Source: Epiperipatus broadwayi
Lineage: Eukaryota; Animalia; Onychophora
NCBI GenBank assembly: GCA_028023455.1
Contig: JAQFVV010000006.1
Span: 8,246,001 to 8,310,000, forward strand
Direction of reading: 5' to 3'
Length of the DNA: 64,000 bases
Part shown: piece after piece, positions 51,561 through 63,178 of the stretch
Position numbering within the stretch: position 1 is the first letter of the stretch
Layout: every line of letters begins with the position of its first letter
Translations under genes and position numbers: made by a program
Notes under the pieces: generated by a model
Databases searched by the model: none
The model's input: only the letters and a program-made list of their open reading frames with translations
Told to the model about the DNA's origin: nothing

Positions 51561-54500
51561 AAAAAGACCATGCATCACAAAATATCTAATAAACAACCAA
51601 AGGACAAAAAGACTGCTCATATGTATATTATTATGAAACCAGAGCTAATCTTAGAACTAGAATAATTCAACGTTCATTAATATATAAAAACTCTAAAATT
51701 AAGCTCAAAGTTATTAATTCATCTGTCTTTCGTAATCATGAAAGAGATATGGCCATAGTCATAATCCTAGTGTTGTCAAAATTATGTGCGAAGAAAAAAA
51801 CCATGGTGAACATAAAGAAGGTATGGTTCATTACACAAAATGAATATGTACTAAACAAAAAATCAAATTAAATTAAAATCAGCATAAAATTAATGTTCTC
51901 AGCAGACTAACCATGAATATGACATAAAAACATTGAAAGTACACTTAATACAATAAATCTTTATAAATTTTATATTTAACTTTTGTTTTAGTATCTTTTA
52001 TATTAATATATAATTTATAATAAAATTATAAACATTTTTATTTTGTCGTAAATCCTCATACTACAAATATTACAAAATCGGTAAATGAGAATAATATTTA
52101 GGCCTGCTTTTATAAGTGATCCAATTACTAATCAAGTTATGTAATTGAAAGAGTCAATAAATATCTTGGGGTACCTTTTTTCTTCTTTCAAAACTGGCTT
52201 ATTAATTCCAATATAAGAATGATCTTTCCTATACTCAATTTTATTTATAAATTTTGTTTTGTTGTATGAACCAAAATGATTCCAAATCCATATATATATA
52301 TTATAACGGTCAGAGTATAGTGAGTCTTACTGTATCTGCCGTACAGGGCGCCACCAGGCTATTCGAACCTGGAATATTTATATAGTAGGCAGATACTTAC
52401 TGTTAAGATCCAAATTTATTTTATATTGACCGTTAGCCCGTGTCACTAATTCATGGAGATGCAGAGATTTGTAATGAAACTTTTTAAAAATATATTTTTA
52501 ATATTAAAAAAATAAAATAAGCCACTGCCAGTAATAACACATACAAAAAAATTTATTAATGCACACATATAAATATTTAAAATTGAGGAATAAATTTAGA
52601 CTTTACTATTAATTTTAAATTTTAATTATTTAAGTAAGTTCACACAGATGGACATTTTAATAATATTTTTACTTAAAAATGTTGAGTATAGATAGGCTAC
52701 ATAGATTATGCAATTAAAAACTTTCAAAAAAAACAAAAACATTTAATCCCAGGCTAAAAGTTTGCAGCCAAACCAACGCTTGCTTCCTGATATACAGACA
52801 CAACCAATGCAATATGAAGATGCTAACATAAAATTATGCTGAACAGAAATGTGCATCTGCAGTATGATATTATTTAAAGGACAAGATCCTTGTCCAGAAC
52901 AGGAATGTGCATCTGTCTGGCGAAGGAATCGTGTATATAAAATATTTAAAGAGAAATGCTACATATGGGGGAGAGCGGTCTATCTGCCAACTTATAGTCC
53001 CTATCCATAGAGCTAAAGGAAGTCAATGTCGCAGGAAATACATCGGCGTACATTGCAACGCAATGACTACAGTTTTGGACATGCATTCAGTTAGGCTTTG
53101 CCCTATATGCTAACATGCTTCACAATGCATTAATATAAACGCCCATATATCTCTACTAGCATCGATTTAGATTTAACTACGAGGCAAATAATTTGAAATT
53201 TAACCTTTTACAATAAATATAAACGATTTTAATTCTAAAATTATTGATGGAATTGCTGAAGGAAATTTACAATAAAGTAAACCCAATGGCACTCATCATA
53301 TGGTGCTGCATTGACAACAACTTAAAAGATATACCAGTAAGTACATTTAGACACTCAGCATGAGGTATCATATTTACTGATATACATATATTTTCACGTA
53401 TAAAAATATTAAAACATAATCAACATAATGAATCTATGCAGCCATCTACACCCAATTTAAATTTAATACATTTCTAATAATTTAGTTATTAAACAAAACA
53501 TAAAATAAATTATTACTGAAACACAAAAATAGAAGTGATTAGCAAACATTATACAAAGAAAATGACTAGTTTGAATTTACATTCAGTCAGATAAGAAATT
53601 TTCTTAAAGATTTATGTATTTGAAAAAGTTCTTTAGATAGTCAGATTAAAAGTTCATTTAAAAATTGTGTTTAGTAGGCACATTAAAAAAAAACTTGTTT
53701 GAGAGATCTAAAAGTTCATATTTATAAAAGTCTATACTTTCCATTTGATCCTGGTGATTCCTTAGACTTTGTTTGTTTTATGAATTCCCTCACTGATTAT
53801 ATTATTTGCTAAAGTTTCTTAGAGACGTATCTGCTGCAAGCCATTCATTCTATCGGGAGTTTGTCTCAGCCGGCGTAGATAAAGAAAACTAAATCTATTG
53901 CGTGACCCTTATATCATGGAATCCGCAATATAGCTAGCTATAAGATGTTTTAACTGCTCAGCATCATTCTATGAATAATCAATCACCTCTTTTAAATTCA
54001 ATTATTTTTCTTTTTATAGTATCTGGCTTCCTTATCTCCAATCCTCCGGATCGATTGAACATGATGTCACTTATTCTAATGTTCCATTTTTGGTCCATGC
54101 TGTGGCTTCATGCTTGCATTGGTCAATCTAATTTTTTTTTCTCTTATCTGATTTTTCTATTGTACATGCCCAAGGCCTCGTCTACTTAAGATTTAATTAA
54201 TAAAACAACTTCCATTTTCAGATTCAAATATGACTTTTAAATAGAAATTAATTAACATTTATTTTTATTTTATACAACTTTTTCCTTTAAAAATATTTAT
54301 CTATCTTTAGATCTTCCCCCCCCCCCCAAAAAAAAGTACTTTTAAATACTTTTCTTTTTTAAAAAAAAAATAGTTTTAAAGTTTTCCATCTGTGCGATAT
54401 ATATCTATGTTAACATAACTCTTTTAATTTTGACTTTTAGTTTTTAATAATTTTAGTTTTAAAATAATGTAACTGCATATGTATGCCATTACAATATATA

Positions 54501-56829
54501 TATATACATCAAATACAGCTCCAGTTACATTTCAACCATGTCTTATGATCATTTTCAAAATCCATTCCTATCTCCAATTACTTTCATTTCAATTGAAAGT
54601 AAAGGAATGTGGAGAAAGTAATTGACCTTGAAAACAACTATAATATATGGCTGAAATGTAGGTGAAGCTGTATGTTGATATATACATATCAATGTGAGAA
54701 AATTTTGAATTACACAGCAAAACAAATATTTAAAAAACAAGCATGTAAAAAATAATTATATAAGCTTGCAAAATATATATATATATAATGTTTTTACATT
54801 TTTTTAAGAAGTGAAATGCTAATTAGAATCCCAATAAATATATTCACTTTTTTACTGTTTTTTATAATTTTAGTGATTCGGTTATTAAAAATTACCATGA
54901 CCATAATTTACCATATCATATAAATTTAAATTATTTAAAAGTTTTCTATAAAATAACCAACATTTTATTCAGTGATATTTATATTTTTAAAATATGATTT
55001 ATTATTAATTCCATTTCTAGAAATAGTTCAGTGAAATAAAAATTGTTTTTTTTTTTTTTTAATTAGAAAAGTGGCAAGTATATGTCTAAGTTGATGTTAC
55101 TTCTATATTTCTTTTTTTTTTTTATTGCTATCCAAAATTCTAGAAAATGTTTTATGATTTTTTTCTATTTTGTAAGATACATCTGATGACTCTTTTTTTT
55201 CTTTTCCCAATTAAAATACATATTTTATTAAATGTATTAAAAAGGTGTTGTGAGAAGTTACAACAGAATTCCTTATTAATTGTGATGTTACCTAATGTGT
55301 ACGATATTTTCTGTATCTGAAACTAGAATATTTTAAGCCAATAAACATCACATGACAAATATTATGACAAATGATAATACTTGATCATTGTTGCTGGTAA
55401 ATTCCAATTGTTTTTCATTCTTCTAACTTTGTTACTGATATATGTGCCACATTGAATATTTATACATGTCTGAAGATGCAATTTTCATAATAGCTTTCGT
55501 TTGTATGATGACGTTAGTGATAAAATATTCTATGTTCCATAAAATTTATCATACCATAACAAACAAGCTGAAAAAATGTGTTCATTAAAAAAATTTAAAC
55601 ATTTTTGAAGTTTTTAAATTTATTCAAAAATTGTGAGTTTTGATATACAAGTCCTTTTAAAATAATCACTTTAAAACAAAATTGAAACAGTCAATTAAAT
55701 ATAAATTAAAAAATGTATTTATTGCATCTAACGAGGCTTTCATTCATTAGTGGAAACTTATCAAGAACTTTCTGTTTATAAAATCACATGTAATGTGATG
55801 CACTGTGGCTTCTCCTTTTTCGAACTAAGAAATCTCTCAGCCACATGCCTAGAGAAACCTGTTAACCACCTTCCCTTCCCTTTCCATTCCCCACCCTAAG
55901 TTTTTTCCCTAATCTTTATTATCATGTTCTATCCCATTTCCACAACATAATCTTTGTCAACTCTATAGGCTATATATCTAAATCTCCCTTATCTTATCTT
56001 TTCCCAAACCCAGCATAAAAACCAAGAACCCCACTTTCTGTCTAATCACTTTGTTTACATTTATTCTCCCACAATTTCATTATTTGTACCTTTCTGCTTG
56101 TAGTCATTTACATTCAATTAACAGATGCCTAATATTTTCTAAGCCTTCCTTACATGACCTGCTGACTAACTCACCCATATTTTTTCCATTTATGTGTATA
56201 TTCCCTTTTACTAAAGATCCTGTTCAAATTAAACAGTAAATTACTTTCCTTGTTGTTATCATAAATTAATTCGCACAATATTCTGTTTACTTCTATATAT
56301 ATTTATATTTAAACTCTTTTTACTCACCATACTAGTTCTCCATCTCTCCAACTCCTTATTTTTTATTAATGTATCTATTCTTCTATCCTATTCCTTGCCA
56401 CTATAACATTCTGACCAAATAATCCATAGCAACTCCACCCAAGGAAAACTATCTATATCACATTACAATAAATATAATAAAATAATAATTGTATTCCTAA
56501 GTTTAAATTAATCTGCATAAAACCGTATTAAAATGACATATGATAGATCTTACTGAGCGCTTATTATGCAATCTATTTTGTAAAATGGAGAATATTTTTA
56601 TTACTTTATTTTTAAACCAAGACTCACTGACGAAAACATGTATTTAAAGTAAGGGGATGGGAAGTATTTTTTAACAAATATTTATCTCGTAGTATTATTG
56701 AAAAATTATAACTAAAAGGAAAATTATACCTTTCTAAAAGCATTTGAACAATTTATGCATTCACCCATATGCATAAATGCACAATCATAAACTTTACATA
56801 TCAACAGCATAGGAGTACATGACTTGAAT

Positions 56830-57160
56830 AACTCCAATATAATAACACTCTAATAGCTGGTCCTATTTTCCGAATATCTAGTTTCTCCCTACCAAGAAAA
56901 CTCTGGTCGCAAATTAACAGAATCAGAACAGGCCAGCGTATAATGCCATTATACGTTGCACAAGTGAAGATTTATAGATTCTCCAAACTGTGTGTGGTAG
57001 ACCACATACTGTGGTACACACTCACAAGAAGTGTCCAATTTACTAGGCCCCTGCTGGTCTCTTTGCTCTACATAACTTGGAGGAGTCGGCTCTAGATTGG
57101 TTCAGAACTGTAGGTGTTGAATTTTAATGTGTCGACACCATAGGCTAAATAAATAAATAA
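56830..57160 (+). mobile_element. Vingi/Ingi-like LINE 3' end
   Basis: FSLPRKLWSQINRIRTGQ and DSPNC motifs; (TAAA)n tail. Confidence 0.7.
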
Positions 57161-57701
57161 TATAAGCAATTGCCTACATGAACTACTGATAAATATTTAG
57201 TAGTTTTTATTTTATTTTAATAAAAAATAATTTCACTTTCTGCAGAATATATTTGAGATAATTTAAGGACATAATTCAATTCTGTATATTGTAAATTATT
57301 ATTAAAAATATAATTATTAAAACGTTACTAATTCTGAAATTACCAATTAGTTGTTTTTAAAATGTCTGGTTTGTAGGAATTCTCAGTAGTTTTCCTTTTC
57401 CACAAAGACATTATTTAAAAATAATATCCTTTACAAAAAAAAAAGTTCATAAAAAATAAACTATAAGATTTTTTTTTTTTTTTATTAAGGAAAAAAAAAT
57501 GCAGGTGACTGATCACCCACTACATAATGTAAATACATTTGTTTAAAAGGAATCTTTAGATCATACTACAGTCAATAACCCTAGTCTTCTCCATTGATTC
57601 ATAAGAGTCTTTGAATTGCCAAGTTCTTTAATTCACAGATCCTTAAAACTTCATCTATGTTGCCATGTCTTTGTATAAACCGCATTTATGGAATTCATAC
57701 T

Positions 57702-58682
57702 TTAATCCGTTTCTGAATTTCTATTGCTTTCCTGTTCGGAGTTTTCTTCAAAATTTTCCTCTTGTGAGCTTATTTCTTCATCATCTGTGATTTCTTCTGT
57801 TTCATCAGTACACACAGGACTAGTACTAATTTGTTGCTGCATTTCCTTTGGATAGCCATCTACTTCCTCGCTTCCAGAACTGTCACTATGAGCCTCATCG
57901 CTCCATTGCTCTTCTACATTATCAAGTTCTTCGACTGGATTATCAGACTTTTCTACGATACCCTGCACTACTTCACCTTGCCTGCTTCCAGACCTGTCAC
58001 TACAAGCCTCATCATTCCATTGCTCTTCTATGTTATTGATTTTTTCCTCTGGATTATCTGCCTCTTCTGAAATTATCTGCCCTACTTCACTGTTGCTACA
58101 TACATGCCCCTTCCAAAAAAGACATGCCCCTTTAGATTCAACAATACATTTGAAGATCATGGGATGAGCTAAAATATCATGTTCCATTACCTCTGAGTCA
58201 TTGACTATCTGACCTTCTGATTCAGTTTCCATCTCATCCCCTGACTCCTGTTGAGCAAACTTCTTCTGTCTTCTTTTCCTTTTTCTCTTTCTCCTTGAGA
58301 GACCCTCAGTTTTCTTTTCTTGCTCACCACACAGCTCGATGTTTGAGCCCACAACACTATGCTCATCAGTTTGTGAGCCAGAGCCATTCTTATTTTTCCT
58401 CTTGAAACTTGCACCTTGTGTCATTTTACCCATTTGAGTTGAACCATTCTCACTTAGTTCTGTATCACTGAACATGTTAGCTTCTTTTAATTGACCTATT
58501 TCTTCTAATGTGCCTTCAGATTCTTCAGATTGTATTGATTCGGAGTTGGTCAGTTCTGCCTGTGCTGATTGTTTCTTTATCTCTTTGGCTGTATCTCTAG
58601 CTTGACCTGCATTTGTCCCATCTTCAAATCTACTGTGCAAGGTTTCTTGATTTTCCTTATAATGTAGCTTATTTGTTTTCAC
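57702..58682 (-). CDS. Acidic low-complexity C-terminal part of ORF1p (frameshifted), with NLS-like RRKRKRKRRQKK and a 38-aa duplication
   Basis: Open 326 codons immediately after the knuckle ORF in the +1 frame; 114-nt repeat at 57871 and 57985. Confidence 0.65.
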   Translation of the reverse strand: MKTNKLHYKENQETLHSRFEDGTNAGQARDTAKEIKKQSAQAELTNSESIQSEESEGTLEEIGQLKEANMFSDTELSENGSTQMGKMTQGASFKRKNKNGSGSQTDEHSVVGSNIELCGEQEKKTEGLSRRKRKRKRRQKKFAQQESGDEMETESEGQIVNDSEVMEHDILAHPMIFKCIVESKGACLFWKGHVCSNSEVGQIISEEADNPEEKINNIEEQWNDEACSDRSGSRQGEVVQGIVEKSDNPVEELDNVEEQWSDEAHSDSSGSEEVDGYPKEMQQQISTSPVCTDETEEITDDEEISSQEENFEENSEQESNRNSETD

Positions 58683-58683
58683 T

Positions 58684-59802
58684 TTATCTTTTAAATGAGA
58701 TTCTTGTGCTCAGTTCTAATTGTTGATTTATAAGTGAAGGATTGCTTGATGTTATTGTACATTTGTGGAATCCACTATAGCTTTCCCCACATTCTGTGCA
58801 TACTCTTTTTGGACAGGCCCTAATTAAATGGCCAGTGTCTCCACATCCATAACACTGTGGTTGAATTCCTCGAATTACTATGTATATTGGGCTTTTATTC
58901 TGCTCAAGAATAGATGGTATATCCAGTGGACTGATACCTTTAGTCAGCCTCATTGTAAATATTGCGTTATTGGATGGCAGCTGAATCCCTGCTCTTCTTT
59001 CCATTAGGAAAGTGAACCATTCAATAGAGCCAAACTGTACTAATAGTCCCTGCAATTCATCTTTTCCAAATGCCACATGACAATTCCGCACCATACCTGT
59101 TATCAATCTTGGTCTTTCCAGGTCAATTTTCACTAAATATTTTCCATCTAGAAACATTTGAGATCTTTTGAATCTTTCTTTGGCTAAAGTGTTCTCAAAT
59201 TCTAGTGTGACATATTTTTTGTTAGGGTGATAGTAGACCCTTCTTATTGAATCAATGATATTTAAGTCCTTGATTAAGACAAATAGCTCATTTATTGGAA
59301 ATATGAAAAGTTCACATTTTTTATTCGTTGTGCTCAATGTTAAAGTATACTGATTCCGGAAGCTAAGAAAGGAATTAAACAATTTCTGAGGAATTCTATT
59401 ATTAAATTCATCATTGACTGATTGAAAGTCTTCTGGAATTAAATTATTTCTATCCTGATTAGAGTTGTTTGTACTTGACTCAACATTATGATATATTAAG
59501 CCATTCTCAAATTTATTCTCATGGGAGATGCCAGCATGTCTAGTTTTCCCATACTTTGCATTGTTCAGATTGTTTTCATGACCTCTGACCACTAGCTCTA
59601 GCTTTGTCTCAAGGGCCATAAGCCCCTGCTCCATTTGAAAGCCATTGGCATATGGGGTTTTGAAACCTTGCCATTTGGAAGTCTTAGTTTCCTTTTTTAA
59701 CTTTTTTGCAAACGTTGGAAGGGTTAGTTCTGCATTATTGCTCTCACCAGCAGGTTCAACTGGATACTTCTGGGCTTCTGTAACTAACCCTAACCCTAAC
59801 CC
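58684..59802 (-). CDS. Non-LTR ORF1p (gag-like): RRM-like region plus CCHC zinc knuckle
   Basis: CYGCGDTGHLIRAC (CX2CX4HX4C, 58813-58854), followed by CTECGESYSGFHKC. Frame is open to the insertion boundary; first internal ATG at 59634. Confidence 0.8.
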   Translation of the reverse strand, partial: GLGLGLVTEAQKYPVEPAGESNNAELTLPTFAKKLKKETKTSKWQGFKTPYANGFQMEQGLMALETKLELVVRGHENNLNNAKYGKTRHAGISHENKFENGLIYHNVESSTNNSNQDRNNLIPEDFQSVNDEFNNRIPQKLFNSFLSFRNQYTLTLSTTNKKCELFIFPINELFVLIKDLNIIDSIRRVYYHPNKKYVTLEFENTLAKERFKRSQMFLDGKYLVKIDLERPRLITGMVRNCHVAFGKDELQGLLVQFGSIEWFTFLMERRAGIQLPSNNAIFTMRLTKGISPLDIPSILEQNKSPIYIVIRGIQPQCYGCGDTGHLIRACPKRVCTECGESYSGFHKCTITSSNPSLINQQLELSTRISFKR

Positions 59803-59805
59803 TAA
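59784..59805 (-). repeat. Telomere-type (TTAGGG)3.7
   Basis: CTAACCCTAACCCTAACCCTAA; the outermost TTA overlaps the TSD. Confidence 0.9.
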
Positions 59806-60030
59806 ACTATAAGATTTTAACATGCCATTTCTACTAACACAACAAAAGTTGAATTTTCTATTAGATAACGGGCAATATACAGGCATAGCACAAATTATTT
59901 TTCCAGTAAATTTAAAGAGAACAATAAAGCATTTTATATTAGTCGCTCTGTGCACTAGACATGCAAAAGTGAGTAAAACATATAAATAAATATTAGTTAA
60001 ATATTTCAATTCATCTACTGCACTCAAAAT

Positions 60031-62220
60031 CAGAGCCTCTCAAATTAGGGGGTGTGAAACTTGTTAAAGTGATCCAAAAAAATAAATTTCAACTTGTTAA
60101 ATTAGAAGTAGCATTTATTTTTATAAAACCATCAAAACACCACGATCCCTATTTCATATGCTTACACATGGTATTAATAAGAGTAACAAACTCTCCATAC
60201 AGTAGTGCCATCCTGCATCCATTGATTACGAAGGCTTGCACTTGGTGGCACTACTGTATGGACATTTTGGTACTCTTACATTTACTTTTATAGATAGATA
60301 TATTTGTAAATTTTAAAGTGAAAATTTATACACAACCTAAGAATCACTCTGTTTATTTTACAATTCATATACAACAGTGCTATAAACACTGGGAAATATC
60401 CTTATGCAGTTTATTAGTTTCATCTTTATAACAAATGTCACTGGTACTAGTACGTTTGATAGTTCTTCATTAAAAATTTAATCCTGAGATGGGTAAATGG
60501 CTAATAAAAACAAAATGTATTTGTAGAAGCCAGTCAAAGGTGACAAACAGATCAAAGAATCTGAGTTGCAGATGGCATATAACTTAAGGAGTCAATTAGT
60601 AATACAAATGACATTAATTTAAAAGTTTTTGTCAAGATACCTGTATAATGCAGTCTTGTAGAAATTTCTCTGATACAACTAAAAGAAGTCACATATTTGA
60701 AAAAAATAGACACACTTTTATAGAAAATGAGTTAGAATGGCAAAAGTGCATTAGGATTTACATCGATGGAGCTGCAGTCACAATTAGCAGGATTCCAGGA
60801 TTTATAGAAGAATTAAAATAGGATTGTACTGAATGCAAGACACATTCTATGCATTATCCACAGAGAAAACTTAGTAGTTTAACAGATGGAATTAGTAAAG
60901 AGTTATCAGAAGTTTCCACAATAATTAATTATAATAAATAACAGAGGGAATAATCCTTCAGTCATAAACTGTTTGCAAATATTTTTAAATTTACAAATGC
61001 CTACTCATCAGCAAGAGTTTAAAAAACACAAATGAATCATTTGTGCTTAGAGCTTATTTTTATATAAACCAATCACAGATTATCATGCTTAAGTCAGGGC
61101 TTGAACCGGTTGTATATTACTAATACGAGACTCTCAAATTTTATGCCAAGAGATCGACTGCACACACAAATTTTTTTTCTAACAGAAGTAAGATGATTAT
61201 ATTTTAAAATTAATTATCAATTTTTCTTCTTGGTAAAAAAATCTCATTAGCATCTCATTTTTCTGACCCATATTTAATATATTTGCTTTCTTATCTGGTG
61301 GATTATTTTTTTTTGAAAAAAATCAAAAGAACCCCTTTCTCTGCAAGGTAAGTGTACCAATATATTAACCCCAAATATAAAATTGCACACATTTCAAAAT
61401 AAAGTTGTGGGATGGTTAAAAAGTTTTAGAGATAATAATATACAAATGTATGCTCCTCTCTATAAATTTCTTGAGGAAAATAATGTTTTATTATCAGCAA
61501 AAAATAAAAGACTAAAAATAAACCATGTCACAAATTCAGCTTCTTATTAAAAATTTTCCTAACTTCGGTGAAAATAAAGAATACGGTGGGATAAGAATGT
61601 CATCTATTCCAACTGTACAATTTAAGAACATCCCATGGTGATCCAAGAAGAACTAATTGACTTGAAAGCAGATCCAACTCTTGAATCGAAATTTTTTAAT
61701 ATGGGTTTGTCAGAATTTTGGATCCGGTGACAAAAAGAATATCCTTTAAAGGCCAACATACCCATAAATATTCTGGTTCCATTCACATCTACATATCTTT
61801 CCACAACTGCATTTTCATTGCTATTACTAATTAAAAATAAGCATAGATCCTATTTATTAATGGAATCATTGAAAAAACATCTTCACCAATAGCAATTTTT
61901 TTGTGGAACAATAATTCAAACACATCCATCACAATAAAGCATTATTAAAATATTTTTTCTTGTATTCTTTTTTTTTCTTCTAATTATTATTAAAGAGGTT
62001 TGTATTTCATATTTTATAATATTTGTAATATTTCTAACTCTTTAAATATTTTGTACTGAAATGAAAATAGAAATAAAAAAATTATTTAAATAAACTAGAT
62101 ATAAATACAATAAAAATACACAATAACTGCACGTCCTTATTGAGAATTTTTTCTTTTGGGGGACAGAATGTTTCTGATATTCAAGGTGAGTCTTTATATC
62201 AATTAGTTTGAGAAGCACTG
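60031..62220 (+). mobile_element. hAT Buster/Charlie-type transposon, degenerate and internally deleted
   Basis: TIRs CAGAGCCTCTCAAATTA / TAGTTTGAGAAGCACTG. 8-bp flanks CTCAAAAT / CTTTAAAT. Remnants ENELEWQKCIRIYIDGAA, IIHRE and EELIDLKAD...FW...KEYP...PFTSTYL..AFS. Confidence 0.85.
60181..60275. mobile_element. Miniature family A foldback nested in the hAT
   Basis: CTCTCCATACAGTAGTGCCA / TGGCACTACTGTATGGA match family A 3' arm (cf. 30345-30362). Confidence 0.7.
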
Positions 62221-62844
62221 CTTTAAATTAAAAGAACTACTAGTATTTATAATAAACAAAGAAAAATAAAATAAAATGAAATTTATTTATAATTCGAAAA
62301 TATCAAGCAGTTTTCAGCATTTTCACACTATAAACAATTACTGATATTAAAATAATTTTGATCAATAAAGATCCAAGTATTTGTTAATATTCCGAAATTG
62401 GCTATGATTAAGAATGTTTCTAGAATTTCGTTACATTAAACGGATGATGTAATATTCAACGGAAATTTAAATTGTAACCCACTTTGCTGACTTTTGTTTT
62501 TGAAATTATTTTTTAATGTGGAAAATCACATTTTTTTTTTTTTTAAAAATGCCTCATAGAAAATTTGAAGTTATTCTCATTTTTATCTTGTTTGTAATTA
62601 GTTGCCCAAAATGTTTCTAAAGTTGGCTAAAGAAAAAGGTTTATTCCAATGAAACTGGCTTTTCTAGTTGAAAGCACACTTAGCTAATCTTAATAAATGA
62701 AAAGATGGAATAAATCTTTTTCTTAGCAAACGTTAGAAATGTTTTCAGCAAATGTACAGAAAACTGAGATTTTTTTAAAATACCTTAAAAGTAACTTTAA
62801 ATTTCTTATAACAGTTTTGTCAGAAATATTAAACTCTGTCGTTG

Positions 62845-63178
62845 TATGTTGGACTATTTCCATCATCTATCAGTAAATGTTGACTGTATAGAAAATTTTA
62901 AACTTTATTTAAACTTTTCAAATAGTCACAACTCGTTAGTAATACAGCACAAATAGACAACACAGGTTAGACTCCTATGTGAATGCTATCACAGTCAGGT
63001 CAGCAACACCTGAAACAGAGTGGAGAATAATACTACTCAAAATGTTGTAATTACTAGCCTGTGTTGTCTTTTTGGTGTTATTACCAACAAGATGTTTGTA
63101 TTTGAAAAGTTTAAATAAAGTTTAAAATTTTCTCTACATTCAACGTTTATTGATAGATGATGGAAATAGTCCAACATA
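62845..63178. mobile_element. Family D foldback, second locus; HHR-like 63007-63048 (+)
   Basis: TATGTTGGACTATTTCCATCAT ... ATGATGGAAATAGTCCAACATA; stem II GAGTGG/CTACTC. Confidence 0.75.

Larger units (their letters stand above)
57473..59802 (-). mobile_element. ORF1-only L1/Tx1-type retro-insertion with 5' TTAGGG repeats
   Basis: Perfect 16-bp TSD TAAACTATAAGATTTT (57457-57472, 59803-59818). Sense target TT|AAAA; AATAAA plus A-tail at ~57473-57487; no RT. Confidence 0.9.

Noticed and set aside
51309-51620. 103-aa hydrophobic minus ORF as a membrane protein
   Set aside because: Antisense to the RTE C-terminal remnant; AT-rich codon artefact.
58684-58712. Programmed -1 frameshift between the two ORF1 parts
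   Set aside because: The downstream frame is +1; a simple indel is more parsimonious.
59803-60027. N-terminal 75 aa of the 447-aa ORF
   Set aside because: Lies outside the TSD-defined insertion; chance read-through from flank, not part of ORF1p.
7112-61804. Remaining 60-100 aa ORFs in the track
   Set aside because: No motifs, mostly alternative starts, and they overlap repeats or AT-rich DNA; consistent with chance.
1826-63178. Calling the foldbacks classical MITEs
   Set aside because: Arms are asymmetric in length, junctions vary, TSDs are 11-14 bp, and single-arm copies exist, which fits retro-insertion better.
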